Origin: Verrucomicrobia bacterium UBA6982
GTDB taxonomy: Bacteria; Verrucomicrobiota; Kiritimatiellia; RFP12; UBA3636
Reading direction: 5' to 3'
Length of the DNA stretch: 64,000 nucleotides
Assembly: GCA_002448475.1 (NCBI GenBank)
Contig: DJYI01000049.1
Span: forward strand, 5,475 to 69,474
Shown here: positions 8,058-15,085 of the stretch, in pieces
How positions within the stretch are numbered: position 1 is the first letter of the stretch
Layout of the letters: the number at the start of each line of letters is the position of its first letter
Made by a program: the position numbers and the translations under genes
Notes under the pieces: model-generated
Database searches by the model: none
What the model saw: the letters and a program-made list of their open reading frames with translations, nothing else
Told to the model about the DNA's origin: nothing

Positions 8058-9761
8058 ATGAAAACAATATTCCTTCTCGCCGCCGGCTTCTCCCTGGCGG
8101 CGGGCGCCCCGGCGTGCGCCGCCGGGCAGGATACCCGCCTCGCCGAACACGGCGGCCGCGTCTGGCGGCTCTCGCCGGGCTGCCGCATCGACGGCGACCA
8201 GCTCACGGTCTCGATCCCGGAGGGCCTTTACCCGCAGACCCAGTGGGCGCGGACGGACATCGACCTCTCGCCGTGGGAGGGGCGCGGCTTCGAGGCGCAC
8301 GTCCGGGTCCGCGGCGAGGACATCGCCACGCCGACGCAGCCGTGGCTCGGCTTCAAGTTCATGCTCAGCTGGCGCGACCGGTTCACGGGCGCCATGCGCT
8401 ATCCCGGCGCCGGCGCGCCGCTCGGCGCGTTTCCGTGGCAGGACGTCTCGTTTCGCCAAATGGGCTGGTTCCGCGGTGCGGATGGCCCCGGCACACTCCA
8501 TCTCGGGCTTCAGGGAACATCCGGCACCGTCGTCTTCGACCTCTCGTCGCTCCGCATCGGCGATCTCGCGCCGATCTGGCCCGTCACGAACCAGAACCAC
8601 CGGTGCGAGTATTTCGCACCGAAGGGAATGTTCACAAATCTCAAGTGTTCACAAATCGACAATGCCACAAATAACAATTGCGGCGCGCCCGGCGGTCGCG
8701 CCCTACCGGTAGGGGCCGACCGCCGGGCGGCCCGCAATTTTGATTCGCCATTTATGAACAATGATGAACAATTGTCATTTGTGAACAATGCCGCCAAGCG
8801 GCTCGCTCCCCTAAGGGGCGTGATGTCGCCAAGCGGCCGCGACATGAACGAGGACGACTTCGCGACGCTCGCCTCGTGGGGCGCGACGCTTCTGCGCTAC
8901 CAGATGGTGCGCGACTGGCACGGCGTGGGAACCAACGCCGACCTCGAAGACTACGACCGCTGGCTGGACGGCAAGCTCGACCATGTCGAGGGCGTCGTGC
9001 TGCCGCTCGCCCGGAAATACGGGCTGAAGGTCGCCATCGACCTGCACGTCACGCCCGGGGGACGCGACGCCTCGCACGAAATGAACATGTTCCACGACGC
9101 GACATTCGCCGGCCATTTCGTCGAATGCTGGCGACGCATCGCGCGGCGCTTCAAGGGCAACGGCGACGCGATCTACGGCTACGACCTCTGCAACGAGCCG
9201 CAGCAGCAGCGCGCGGCGCCGCCGGGAATGGACGGCTGGAACCTCCAGCGCCGCGCCGCCGAGGCGATCCGGGAAATCGACCCGGAAACGCCGATCATCG
9301 TGGAATGCAACGCCAACGACGCGCCGGACGGCTACCGCAACCTCTCGCCGCTCACCCTGACGAACGTCATCTACGAAGTCCACATGTATGGGCCCGGCGA
9401 CTTCACGCACCAGGGGATCCAGGGGATGTCGATGGCGCGCTGCCGCTGGCCGGACGCGTCGCGCGGATGGGATGCTGGCTTCCTGCGCTCCGCGCTCGCG
9501 CCAGTGCGCCAGTTCCAGCTGCGCCACGGCGCGAAAATCTACGTTGGCGAGTTCAGCGCCGTCGCGTGGGCGGAGGGCGCGGACATCTGGCTCCGCGACA
9601 TCATTTCCGTTTTCGGGGAATACGGCTGGGACTGGACCTACCACGCCTTTCGCGAATGGCGCGGATGGAGCGTCGAGCACGAAGGCCCGGACATCGACCA
9701 CATGGCGCCGTCCGCCGACAACCCGCGCAAGCGCGCCCTTCTGGAGGGCCTGCGGCGCTGA
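8058..9761 (+). CDS. Secreted CBM-like plus GH5 glycoside hydrolase, paralog of the C-terminal part of 233..2659.
   Basis: Signal peptide MKTIFLLAAGFSLAAGAPA. GH5 motifs GYDLCNEP and VGEFSAV. Alignable to ORF1 across the beta-sandwich and the TIM barrel. Confidence 0.8.
   Translation: MKTIFLLAAGFSLAAGAPACAAGQDTRLAEHGGRVWRLSPGCRIDGDQLTVSIPEGLYPQTQWARTDIDLSPWEGRGFEAHVRVRGEDIATPTQPWLGFKFMLSWRDRFTGAMRYPGAGAPLGAFPWQDVSFRQMGWFRGADGPGTLHLGLQGTSGTVVFDLSSLRIGDLAPIWPVTNQNHRCEYFAPKGMFTNLKCSQIDNATNNNCGAPGGRALPVGADRRAARNFDSPFMNNDEQLSFVNNAAKRLAPLRGVMSPSGRDMNEDDFATLASWGATLLRYQMVRDWHGVGTNADLEDYDRWLDGKLDHVEGVVLPLARKYGLKVAIDLHVTPGGRDASHEMNMFHDATFAGHFVECWRRIARRFKGNGDAIYGYDLCNEPQQQRAAPPGMDGWNLQRRAAEAIREIDPETPIIVECNANDAPDGYRNLSPLTLTNVIYEVHMYGPGDFTHQGIQGMSMARCRWPDASRGWDAGFLRSALAPVRQFQLRHGAKIYVGEFSAVAWAEGADIWLRDIISVFGEYGWDWTYHAFREWRGWSVEHEGPDIDHMAPSADNPRKRALLEGLRR
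8626..8790. mobile_element. MITE-like element (TGTTCACAAAT-TIR family, about 165 bp) inserted in frame in the GH5 paralog linker.
   Basis: 5' end ATGTTCACAAATCTCAAGTGTTCACAAATCGACAATG. 3' end ATGAACAATGATGAACAATTGTCATTTGTGAACAAT (inverted). GC-rich palindromic core GCGCGCCCGGCGGTCGCGCCCTACCGGTAGGGGCCGACCGCCGGGCGGCCCGC. The ends are similar to the TIRs of the composite element at 10876..11380. It encodes 61 extra aa at the same linker position where ORF1 carries a different element. Confidence 0.7.
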
Positions 9762-9780
9762 CGTAGAGGCCTGCGCCCCA

Positions 9781-9920
9781 TGCGCCGACAACCTTTCAAC
9801 CGTTCAACCGGATTTATTGGGACAGACCCCGTAGATTCAAAAATGTTGCCAGTGTGAGACTGTTGCCAATTGCCAATCCCAATTCCAATTGGCCTTTCAA
9901 CTTTTCAACCTTTCAACTGT
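9781..9920. repeat. Intergenic region, relatively AT-rich, bounded by CTTTCAAC octamer arrays (CAACCTTTCAACCGTTCAACC at the 5' end; CCTTTCAACTTTTCAACCTTTCAACTG at the 3' end). Internally it has CCAATTG repeats.
   Basis: Direct reading. The 27-mer at 9893-9919 is identical to the reverse complement of 63740-63773. Confidence 0.7.
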
Positions 9921-9923
9921 TTA

Positions 9924-10733
9924 ATGTTTTCCATCGACCACGACCTGCATTGCCACACGCACCTCTCCGGTTGCTCCAACGACCCGGAGCAGACGCCGGA
10001 AAATCTCCTCGCGTTCGCCACGGCGCATGGCTACGCCGCGATGGCCTTCACCGACCACTTCTGGGACGCGCCGGCCGTTCCGGGGTCGGAAGGCACCTAC
10101 CTCGACGGCTGCGGTCTGGAACACGTGTCGGCCGATCTGCCCCTGCCCGACGGCGGTCCGGTGCGTCTTGTCTTCGGCTGCGAGACGGAACTTTCGTCTG
10201 CGAGGGTTCTCGGCCTTGCTCCGGAACATTGCGACCGCTTCGGATTCATCGTCATTCCCCCCAACCATTTCCACATGACGGGATTCGTCCGCCCGGCGGA
10301 GTGCGCGACGGCGGAACGGCGCGCCGAACTTCTGGTCTCTCGCCTGGAAACCGTGCTTGGCATGTCTCTGCCCTGGGAGAAAGTCGGGATCGCGCACCTC
10401 AACTGCGGACTCATGTTCGCCGACGGCGACCTCGGGGCGGTGCTTCGCGCCGTTCCGGAGGACCGCTTCCGCGACGCCATGCGCGGCTTTGCCGAACGTG
10501 GCGCCGGGATCGAACTCAACATGGCGAGCTTTGACGCGAACCGCCGGCGCGGCGTCTCGCCGGAAGACGCCCTGCGCCTCTTCCGCTTCGCCCGGGACGA
10601 AGGCTGCCGCTTCTATCTGGCAAGCGACGCCCACCACCCGGCCGGACTCGAACTCGTCCCCGGCATCGCGTCAGAGATCGTGGACGCGCTTGATCTTGAC
10701 GCCCGCCACGTTTACAGGCTGCCCGAGCCCTGA
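9924..10733 (+). CDS. PHP-domain (polymerase/histidinol-phosphatase family) metal-dependent phosphoesterase.
   Basis: N-terminal MFSIDHDLHCHTHLSGCS...AFTDHF is the PHP-domain His motif. The ORF track starts at 9870 within the repeat; the Met at 9924 is the likely start. Confidence 0.7.
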   Translation: MFSIDHDLHCHTHLSGCSNDPEQTPENLLAFATAHGYAAMAFTDHFWDAPAVPGSEGTYLDGCGLEHVSADLPLPDGGPVRLVFGCETELSSARVLGLAPEHCDRFGFIVIPPNHFHMTGFVRPAECATAERRAELLVSRLETVLGMSLPWEKVGIAHLNCGLMFADGDLGAVLRAVPEDRFRDAMRGFAERGAGIELNMASFDANRRRGVSPEDALRLFRFARDEGCRFYLASDAHHPAGLELVPGIASEIVDALDLDARHVYRLPEP

Positions 10734-10768
10734 TATCCGATTGTGTCGCGCGCTTCCGCTCGTCGTCG

Positions 10769-10875
10769 CTACAGCCCGACGACGTGAATCGTCTTGCCGC
10801 CAAAAGCCACGTCGCGGGTGAAAAGCCGCTCGTCCCAGGACTTGCCGGAGTCGTCGTCGAAGACCGGCATCCAGC
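10769..10875 (-). pseudogene. 3' fragment (last ~35 codons) of a second copy of the AAA-ATPase/PD-(D/E)XK gene (paralog of 18658..20232).
   Basis: About 105 bp are roughly 90% identical to 18658-18765, including the stop codon. Homology ends abruptly at the left TIR of the inserted element. Confidence 0.7.
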
Positions 10876-11380
10876 TCGAAGAATTGTTCACAATTGACAA
10901 TTGAGACAAATGTTCACAAATGGGAAATGACAAATTCATCTTCTGTCCTGTTCGTTAAGATTTCGCCGGGCCGTTGTCACGCTTGCGTAGAAAATCTTTA
11001 TCAATTCTTCGGTTTCCTGCAATACGTGCGACACGAGATTTTGATCGGCATAATTCCTCATCGCGATGATACGAAGCCACATTCTGGTTTCAATGAGTTC
11101 CTTGAGCGCGATATTTGTCTTGTGGGCGAAATCTTTGCGCGATTCCGGAACGCACGCCTCGGCATAATTGGCTGCAACCGACGTGGCTGCTCGAAACAAT
11201 TGGTCCTGGAGGTGCGCTTTCCCGATTTTGGAAACCATGGATTCGCAAACATCGATGGCCGCTGCTGCAAAAGCCGCTACCCGGAATTCAATTTCGGAAG
11301 ACGTTAGCATGGCAAATTGCGTTTTGTTATTTGTGAACAATTGTTTCAATTGAAAATTGTGAACACTCTAGCAGAGCGCG
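10876..11380. mobile_element. AT-rich (about 45-48% GC) ~0.5-kb element with ~50-bp imperfect terminal inverted repeats of the TGTTCACAA family. It carries a four-helix-bundle gene and replaces the middle of an AAA-ATPase gene copy.
   Basis: Left TIR ATTGTTCACAATTGACAATTGAGACAAATGTTCACAAAT. Reverse complement of the right TIR AGTGTTCACAATTTTCAATTGAAACAATTGTTCACAAAT. Low GC compared with the flanks. Flanked by the N- and C-terminal fragments of the ATPase paralog. Confidence 0.7.
10936..11310 (-). CDS. Four-helix-bundle protein of the 23S rRNA intervening-sequence / DGR Avd-like family (PF05635/TIGR02436-like).
   Basis: Motifs LQDQLFRAATSVAANYAEACVPESRKDFAHKTNIALKELIETRMWL match the family consensus (L..Q..RAA.S...NIAEG ... 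S.K.F..........E....L). Length about 124 aa from ATG 11310; the ORF track's TTG at 11349 lies inside the TIR. Confidence 0.75.
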   Translation of the reverse strand: MLTSSEIEFRVAAFAAAAIDVCESMVSKIGKAHLQDQLFRAATSVAANYAEACVPESRKDFAHKTNIALKELIETRMWLRIIAMRNYADQNLVSHVLQETEELIKIFYASVTTARRNLNEQDRR

Positions 11381-11577
11381 ACTGCGTCGCCCTTGGCGTT
11401 GATTTCGCGGACGAGCGCCTTGACGGTTGTCGTCTTGCCCGTCTGTCGCGGCGCGTGGATGACGAAATACGTCTCCTGCTCGACAAGGCGCCGAATTTCC
11501 GGCATCCGGTCGAGAGCGGGCAGCATGTAATGCTTGGCGGGAAAGCAGGGGCCCGCGACGTTGAAGAACTTTTCCAT
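11378..11577 (-). pseudogene. 5' fragment (first ~66 codons) of the second AAA-ATPase/PD-(D/E)XK gene copy, ending at the element junction.
   Basis: Encodes MEKFFNVAGPCFPAKHYMLPALDRMPEIRRLVEQETYFVIHAPRQTGKTTTVKALVREINAKGDAVALC*, near-identical to the N-terminus of 18658..20232. The upstream region also shares the TGGTAGCAT -10 element. Confidence 0.7.
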
Positions 11578-11743
11578 TTGAACATCCGTGTCGCCGACAC
11601 GGAGAATGCTACCATAATGCCACCCCCGGGACAACAGGCCGCACGCGGGCGCGCTGTTGGCGAAGGCCGCAGCGGTTGGCGGCGGCCGTCGAAGTCGTTG
11701 CCGGAGGCGTTGCGGACGCGGGCGCCGAGGTCGCTGAAGGGTG

Positions 11744-11932
11744 TCAGAGGCATCCGAGAAGGATGCCGGAAATGCCGAGGACGAAACCCGCCGCCTGCCT
11801 CGCATCAAGGCGCTCCCGAAGAACGAGCGCACCGTAGGGGAAGTATCCGGCGATGCAGGCGGCGACGAAGACGCGCCCGTCAAGCCAGCATGTGAGCGTT
11901 CCGTGCAAATCCTCGGCGTCGAGTTCTTTCAT
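11744..11932 (-). CDS. Small (62 aa) membrane protein with two hydrophobic segments, translationally coupled (ATGA overlap) to the upstream GH gene.
   Basis: Strong GC3 bias. The start ATG overlaps the stop of 11929..13710 by 2 nt. No recognisable family. Confidence 0.4.
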   Translation of the reverse strand: MKELDAEDLHGTLTCWLDGRVFVAACIAGYFPYGALVLRERLDARQAAGFVLGISGILLGCL

Positions 11933-13710
11933 TTTCCGACTGGCGATGCGGCGGCGCGGCGCGGATACATGTCGGCGGCGGTTTCGCGGCAGGCGCCAAC
12001 GAGTTCTGCATGCGGCACGTCGCAGACGCTGGTGAGGCCGCAGGCGAAGTTTTCGCCGTCGAAACGGCCGCTCGCCGGCTGGTCGTGGTACTGGAACCAG
12101 TGGCAGCCGACGTAGCGAGGATGGTCAAGACACGCGCCGGCGTATTCGCGGAACAGGCGCGCCTGTTCCGCCGCGTTGAAGGCGGAGACAAGCCCGCCGT
12201 TGAGGTTGCCGCCCCCCTTGTGGCCGAAGTGGAACTCGCCAATGAGGATCGGCTTGTCGTCGGCGCCGGCGGGAAGGTCGTGGGACGGCAGAAAGTCGTA
12301 GTGGTTGTTGCTCACCACATCGCAGTGGCGCGAGGCGGCGATCCACACGGCGGGAATTTCACCGAAGTCGTTGTGGAGGCGCGATCCGAGGTAGAGGTGG
12401 TTCGGAAGCGACTTTTTCAGCACGGCGCGAACGGCAGCGTAGTACTTCTCCGCCACCTCCCCGGCCTTCTCGCCGCATCCGTCCCAGCCGAGTTCGTTGT
12501 CGACGAAGACTCCGACGCACCACGGATCGTCCCTCATCCTGGCCGCCCAATGTTCGGCCTGGGCCGCCAGGTCGGCGGCAAACTGCGGCGAATCCACGTC
12601 AGGCACGGCGCGCCCGTGAGCCTTGCTTCCGTCCCACGCGGGCGAGACGGTTCGCGACGAGAAGTCGATGCAGAGGCAATAGGGGGTGCGGCGCAGGGCG
12701 TAGATGAATTCGTTGTTCCAGTTGCCGATGGTGTTGAGCCCCCATGCGCGGAAGCGCCGCTGCGTGGTCTCGGCGTAGCGCGCCCGCCAGTCCTCGCCGT
12801 ACTTGCGGACGATATTTTCCCGGACGACCCAGAAATCGGAGCTGTCGGCGCGATTCTCGAAGTAGTTCTCGCGTCCGGCAACCTTCGTCGATAGCCCCGG
12901 ATATACGCTGCACACGCCGAGCGACCAGAAGAGGTGGCCTTCGGGATCGACGAACCACCACTTGCCACCGACCTTCTCGGTGCGGAAATAGCCGGTGGCG
13001 GCGAGCTGCGGACCGCCCGCCCAGCCGCCGAAGCGGTCGGCGTCGGGGATCGGACCGCCGGCGTGGGCGTCGAGCCACGCTTCCTCCCGGGCGCGAGCGA
13101 CGGCGAAATCGGCGTCTGAGTGGATCTTGCCCGGCCAGTCGTCGTGCCTGAACTGGCCGTAGCGGTCGATGAACGGGAAGAACGAAGCAGCGGGGAGGAC
13201 GATTGGCTTGCGGGCCGGAAGGGCGGTCTCAATGCCCAAGATGGCAAGGGGAGGGTCAATAGGGGGTGTCCCCCACACCTCGATTCTCCCCACTTTCCCG
13301 AAATCGGGCAGCTCCTTCAGCGCCGGGGGCTTCCCCAGCATTCCAGTGAGCGTCACGGGTTCGTCGGTGGCGTATGGGGTGTCGTTGAGCGGGATGGCGA
13401 TTGTGCGGACGGCGTGTGGCGGGATGCGTGAGCCGCGCTGCGCGGCTCTGGGCGCGGCTTCGAGCGACATCCCCTCGTCGAAGACGGCGACGCTGACGCG
13501 CCTGGGTTGGTCGCTCTCGTTGCGCACGGCGACCCGCACCTCGCCAACGCCGGAGAAATCCCAGGTCTCCGCGCCGACGGGCGTCAGCATGATTCCCGCC
13601 CGTTTGGACGCCTCGAAGCCACGCGCGGCAAACGGCAGCGATTCCGCCGCCGCATTCAGCACGGCGGCAGACAAGGCAGCGGCAAGGATGTTCAAGTTCG
13701 CGAAACGCAT
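11929..13710 (-). CDS. Secreted clan GH-A (beta/alpha)8 glycoside hydrolase, family uncertain (GH50/agarase-like or related); paralog of 21251..23344.
   Basis: Signal peptide. NEL acid/base-like motif (VFVDNELGW) and nucleophile-like motif ILIGEFHFG. Shared block WWFVDPEGHLF and C-terminal HWFQYHDQP..GR.DGENF. The family assignment is inference from the motif pattern only. Confidence 0.65.
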   Translation of the reverse strand: MRFANLNILAAALSAAVLNAAAESLPFAARGFEASKRAGIMLTPVGAETWDFSGVGEVRVAVRNESDQPRRVSVAVFDEGMSLEAAPRAAQRGSRIPPHAVRTIAIPLNDTPYATDEPVTLTGMLGKPPALKELPDFGKVGRIEVWGTPPIDPPLAILGIETALPARKPIVLPAASFFPFIDRYGQFRHDDWPGKIHSDADFAVARAREEAWLDAHAGGPIPDADRFGGWAGGPQLAATGYFRTEKVGGKWWFVDPEGHLFWSLGVCSVYPGLSTKVAGRENYFENRADSSDFWVVRENIVRKYGEDWRARYAETTQRRFRAWGLNTIGNWNNEFIYALRRTPYCLCIDFSSRTVSPAWDGSKAHGRAVPDVDSPQFAADLAAQAEHWAARMRDDPWCVGVFVDNELGWDGCGEKAGEVAEKYYAAVRAVLKKSLPNHLYLGSRLHNDFGEIPAVWIAASRHCDVVSNNHYDFLPSHDLPAGADDKPILIGEFHFGHKGGGNLNGGLVSAFNAAEQARLFREYAGACLDHPRYVGCHWFQYHDQPASGRFDGENFACGLTSVCDVPHAELVGACRETAADMYPRRAAASPVGK

Positions 13711-13721
13711 CAGGCTTTATT

Positions 13722-15071
13722 CTATTGTCCCTGCGCGACGTCATCAAGTTCCAGTAGCGTCGCTGCGGAGGAACCCATGCAGTTGAGCCAGTCGTAAAGC
13801 GGCGAACTGAGCGCCTCGTGTGTCCAGAATGTCGGGATGCGCCCTTCCGGCGTCTGGACGCGGGTGATGGTGTCGCCGAGCGCCCGCGCCTTGGCCAGCA
13901 GCTCCGGCTCGCCGGTTGCCCGCCAAAGCGCCAGGTAGGCGCGGATCATCTTCGCCGCCGATGCGTCGATCGGCACGAAGCAACTGTATTGCTCAAGCAC
14001 CGACGGGGTATCCCACAGCGGGTGGTTGGCCGGCGTCTCCCAGCAGACGAAGCGCTTTTCACAGAAACGCAGGATGCGGCGGCACTGCTCAAGGCGAGCG
14101 GAATCGCCTGGGAAACGACGCAGAATCTCAAACATCACCTCGACGGCGTTGTGCTTTGTCGGGTTGGCGTAGGGCGGGCGCGGCTGGATGTCCTCAAACT
14201 GCCCATCCCAGTTCCAGTCGGTGAGCGGATGCGCCTCCAGCCACGCGAAGCAGCCGTCGGCCGCCTCGGCCCAGCGCTTTTCCCCGGTCGCGTCGGCGAG
14301 GGCGTTGAAGAGGGCGAGCGGGCGCGTCGGGACAAGCGTGTTCTCGCCGATGGGCTCGCCGGTTGCGAGCCGCATCTTGAGTGACCAGCTGCCGTCTGGG
14401 CGGCGGGTTTTGAGGTAGGTCTCGCCGATGCCGCGCGCGGCGTCGAGGAAGCGGCGGTCGCCTGTCTCGCGGAAGAATGCGACGAACGCCGTGCCCACGT
14501 CGGCCGGGTAGAGGAGCATGACCTCGCCCCGGTACTTGACGGCGCCCTCCGGCTCGTTGCCGATCATCGACGGACGGTTTTCGCCGCCATCGTTCGGGTC
14601 GCGACGCAGCGGCGTCCGGCCGTAGGTCGGCGGCCACCACGCGAGCGGGGCGTCCTTCGGCTCCAGCTGCGTGAGGAGGTATTCGGCGGACGCCGCGGCG
14701 AAGCGCATCGCCTCGTCGCGCCGGGCCGGCTCGCGCCGCGCCCATTCCAGCATCCAATTGATGTGCGCCGCGTGGGTTTTGGAGACGTAGGCGTTGTGCT
14801 GGTAGGTCTGCTCCGGTTCGCCCTTTTCGACAAGCGTCCGCATGGCGGGGAGCGAGACCATGTAGGCGAACGCCTTCAGTGCGGCCTCGCGGTAAGGGCG
14901 CGCCGCCGGGGGATAGGCACCCGCCTTGAATGCCGCCGCCGTCTCCGGGCGCGGCGGGCAGAGCCTGTCCACGTCCGCCTCGGAGAGTTCAGCCGCCACG
15001 CAGGGACGCGGCAAGGACATTGAGGCTGCGGCCAGCGCCGCGCCCACGAGAAGGTTGCATCCGGGATTCAT
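13722..15071 (-). CDS. Secreted hypothetical protein, possibly an alpha/alpha-toroid glycoside hydrolase/lyase-like protein.
   Basis: Signal peptide MNPGCNLLVGAALAAASMS (the start was trimmed from the ORF-track 15227 to Met 15071). 450 aa, no confident family motif. Confidence 0.45.
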   Translation of the reverse strand: MNPGCNLLVGAALAAASMSLPRPCVAAELSEADVDRLCPPRPETAAAFKAGAYPPAARPYREAALKAFAYMVSLPAMRTLVEKGEPEQTYQHNAYVSKTHAAHINWMLEWARREPARRDEAMRFAAASAEYLLTQLEPKDAPLAWWPPTYGRTPLRRDPNDGGENRPSMIGNEPEGAVKYRGEVMLLYPADVGTAFVAFFRETGDRRFLDAARGIGETYLKTRRPDGSWSLKMRLATGEPIGENTLVPTRPLALFNALADATGEKRWAEAADGCFAWLEAHPLTDWNWDGQFEDIQPRPPYANPTKHNAVEVMFEILRRFPGDSARLEQCRRILRFCEKRFVCWETPANHPLWDTPSVLEQYSCFVPIDASAAKMIRAYLALWRATGEPELLAKARALGDTITRVQTPEGRIPTFWTHEALSSPLYDWLNCMGSSAATLLELDDVAQGQ

Positions 15072-15085
15072 GTCCGTAGATCCGA

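Noticed and set aside
8811-9791. A 326-aa minus-strand ORF antisense to the GH5 paralog.
   Set aside because: It is a GC-rich antisense frame with no motifs. The sense gene has the GH5 catalytic signatures.
10876-11380. A possible diversity-generating retroelement, because of the Avd-like four-helix-bundle gene.
   Set aside because: No reverse transcriptase gene and no TR/VR repeat pair lie within several kb. The unit is only about 0.5 kb and is bounded by TIRs, which is more consistent with a MITE-like element carrying an IVS-protein-family gene.
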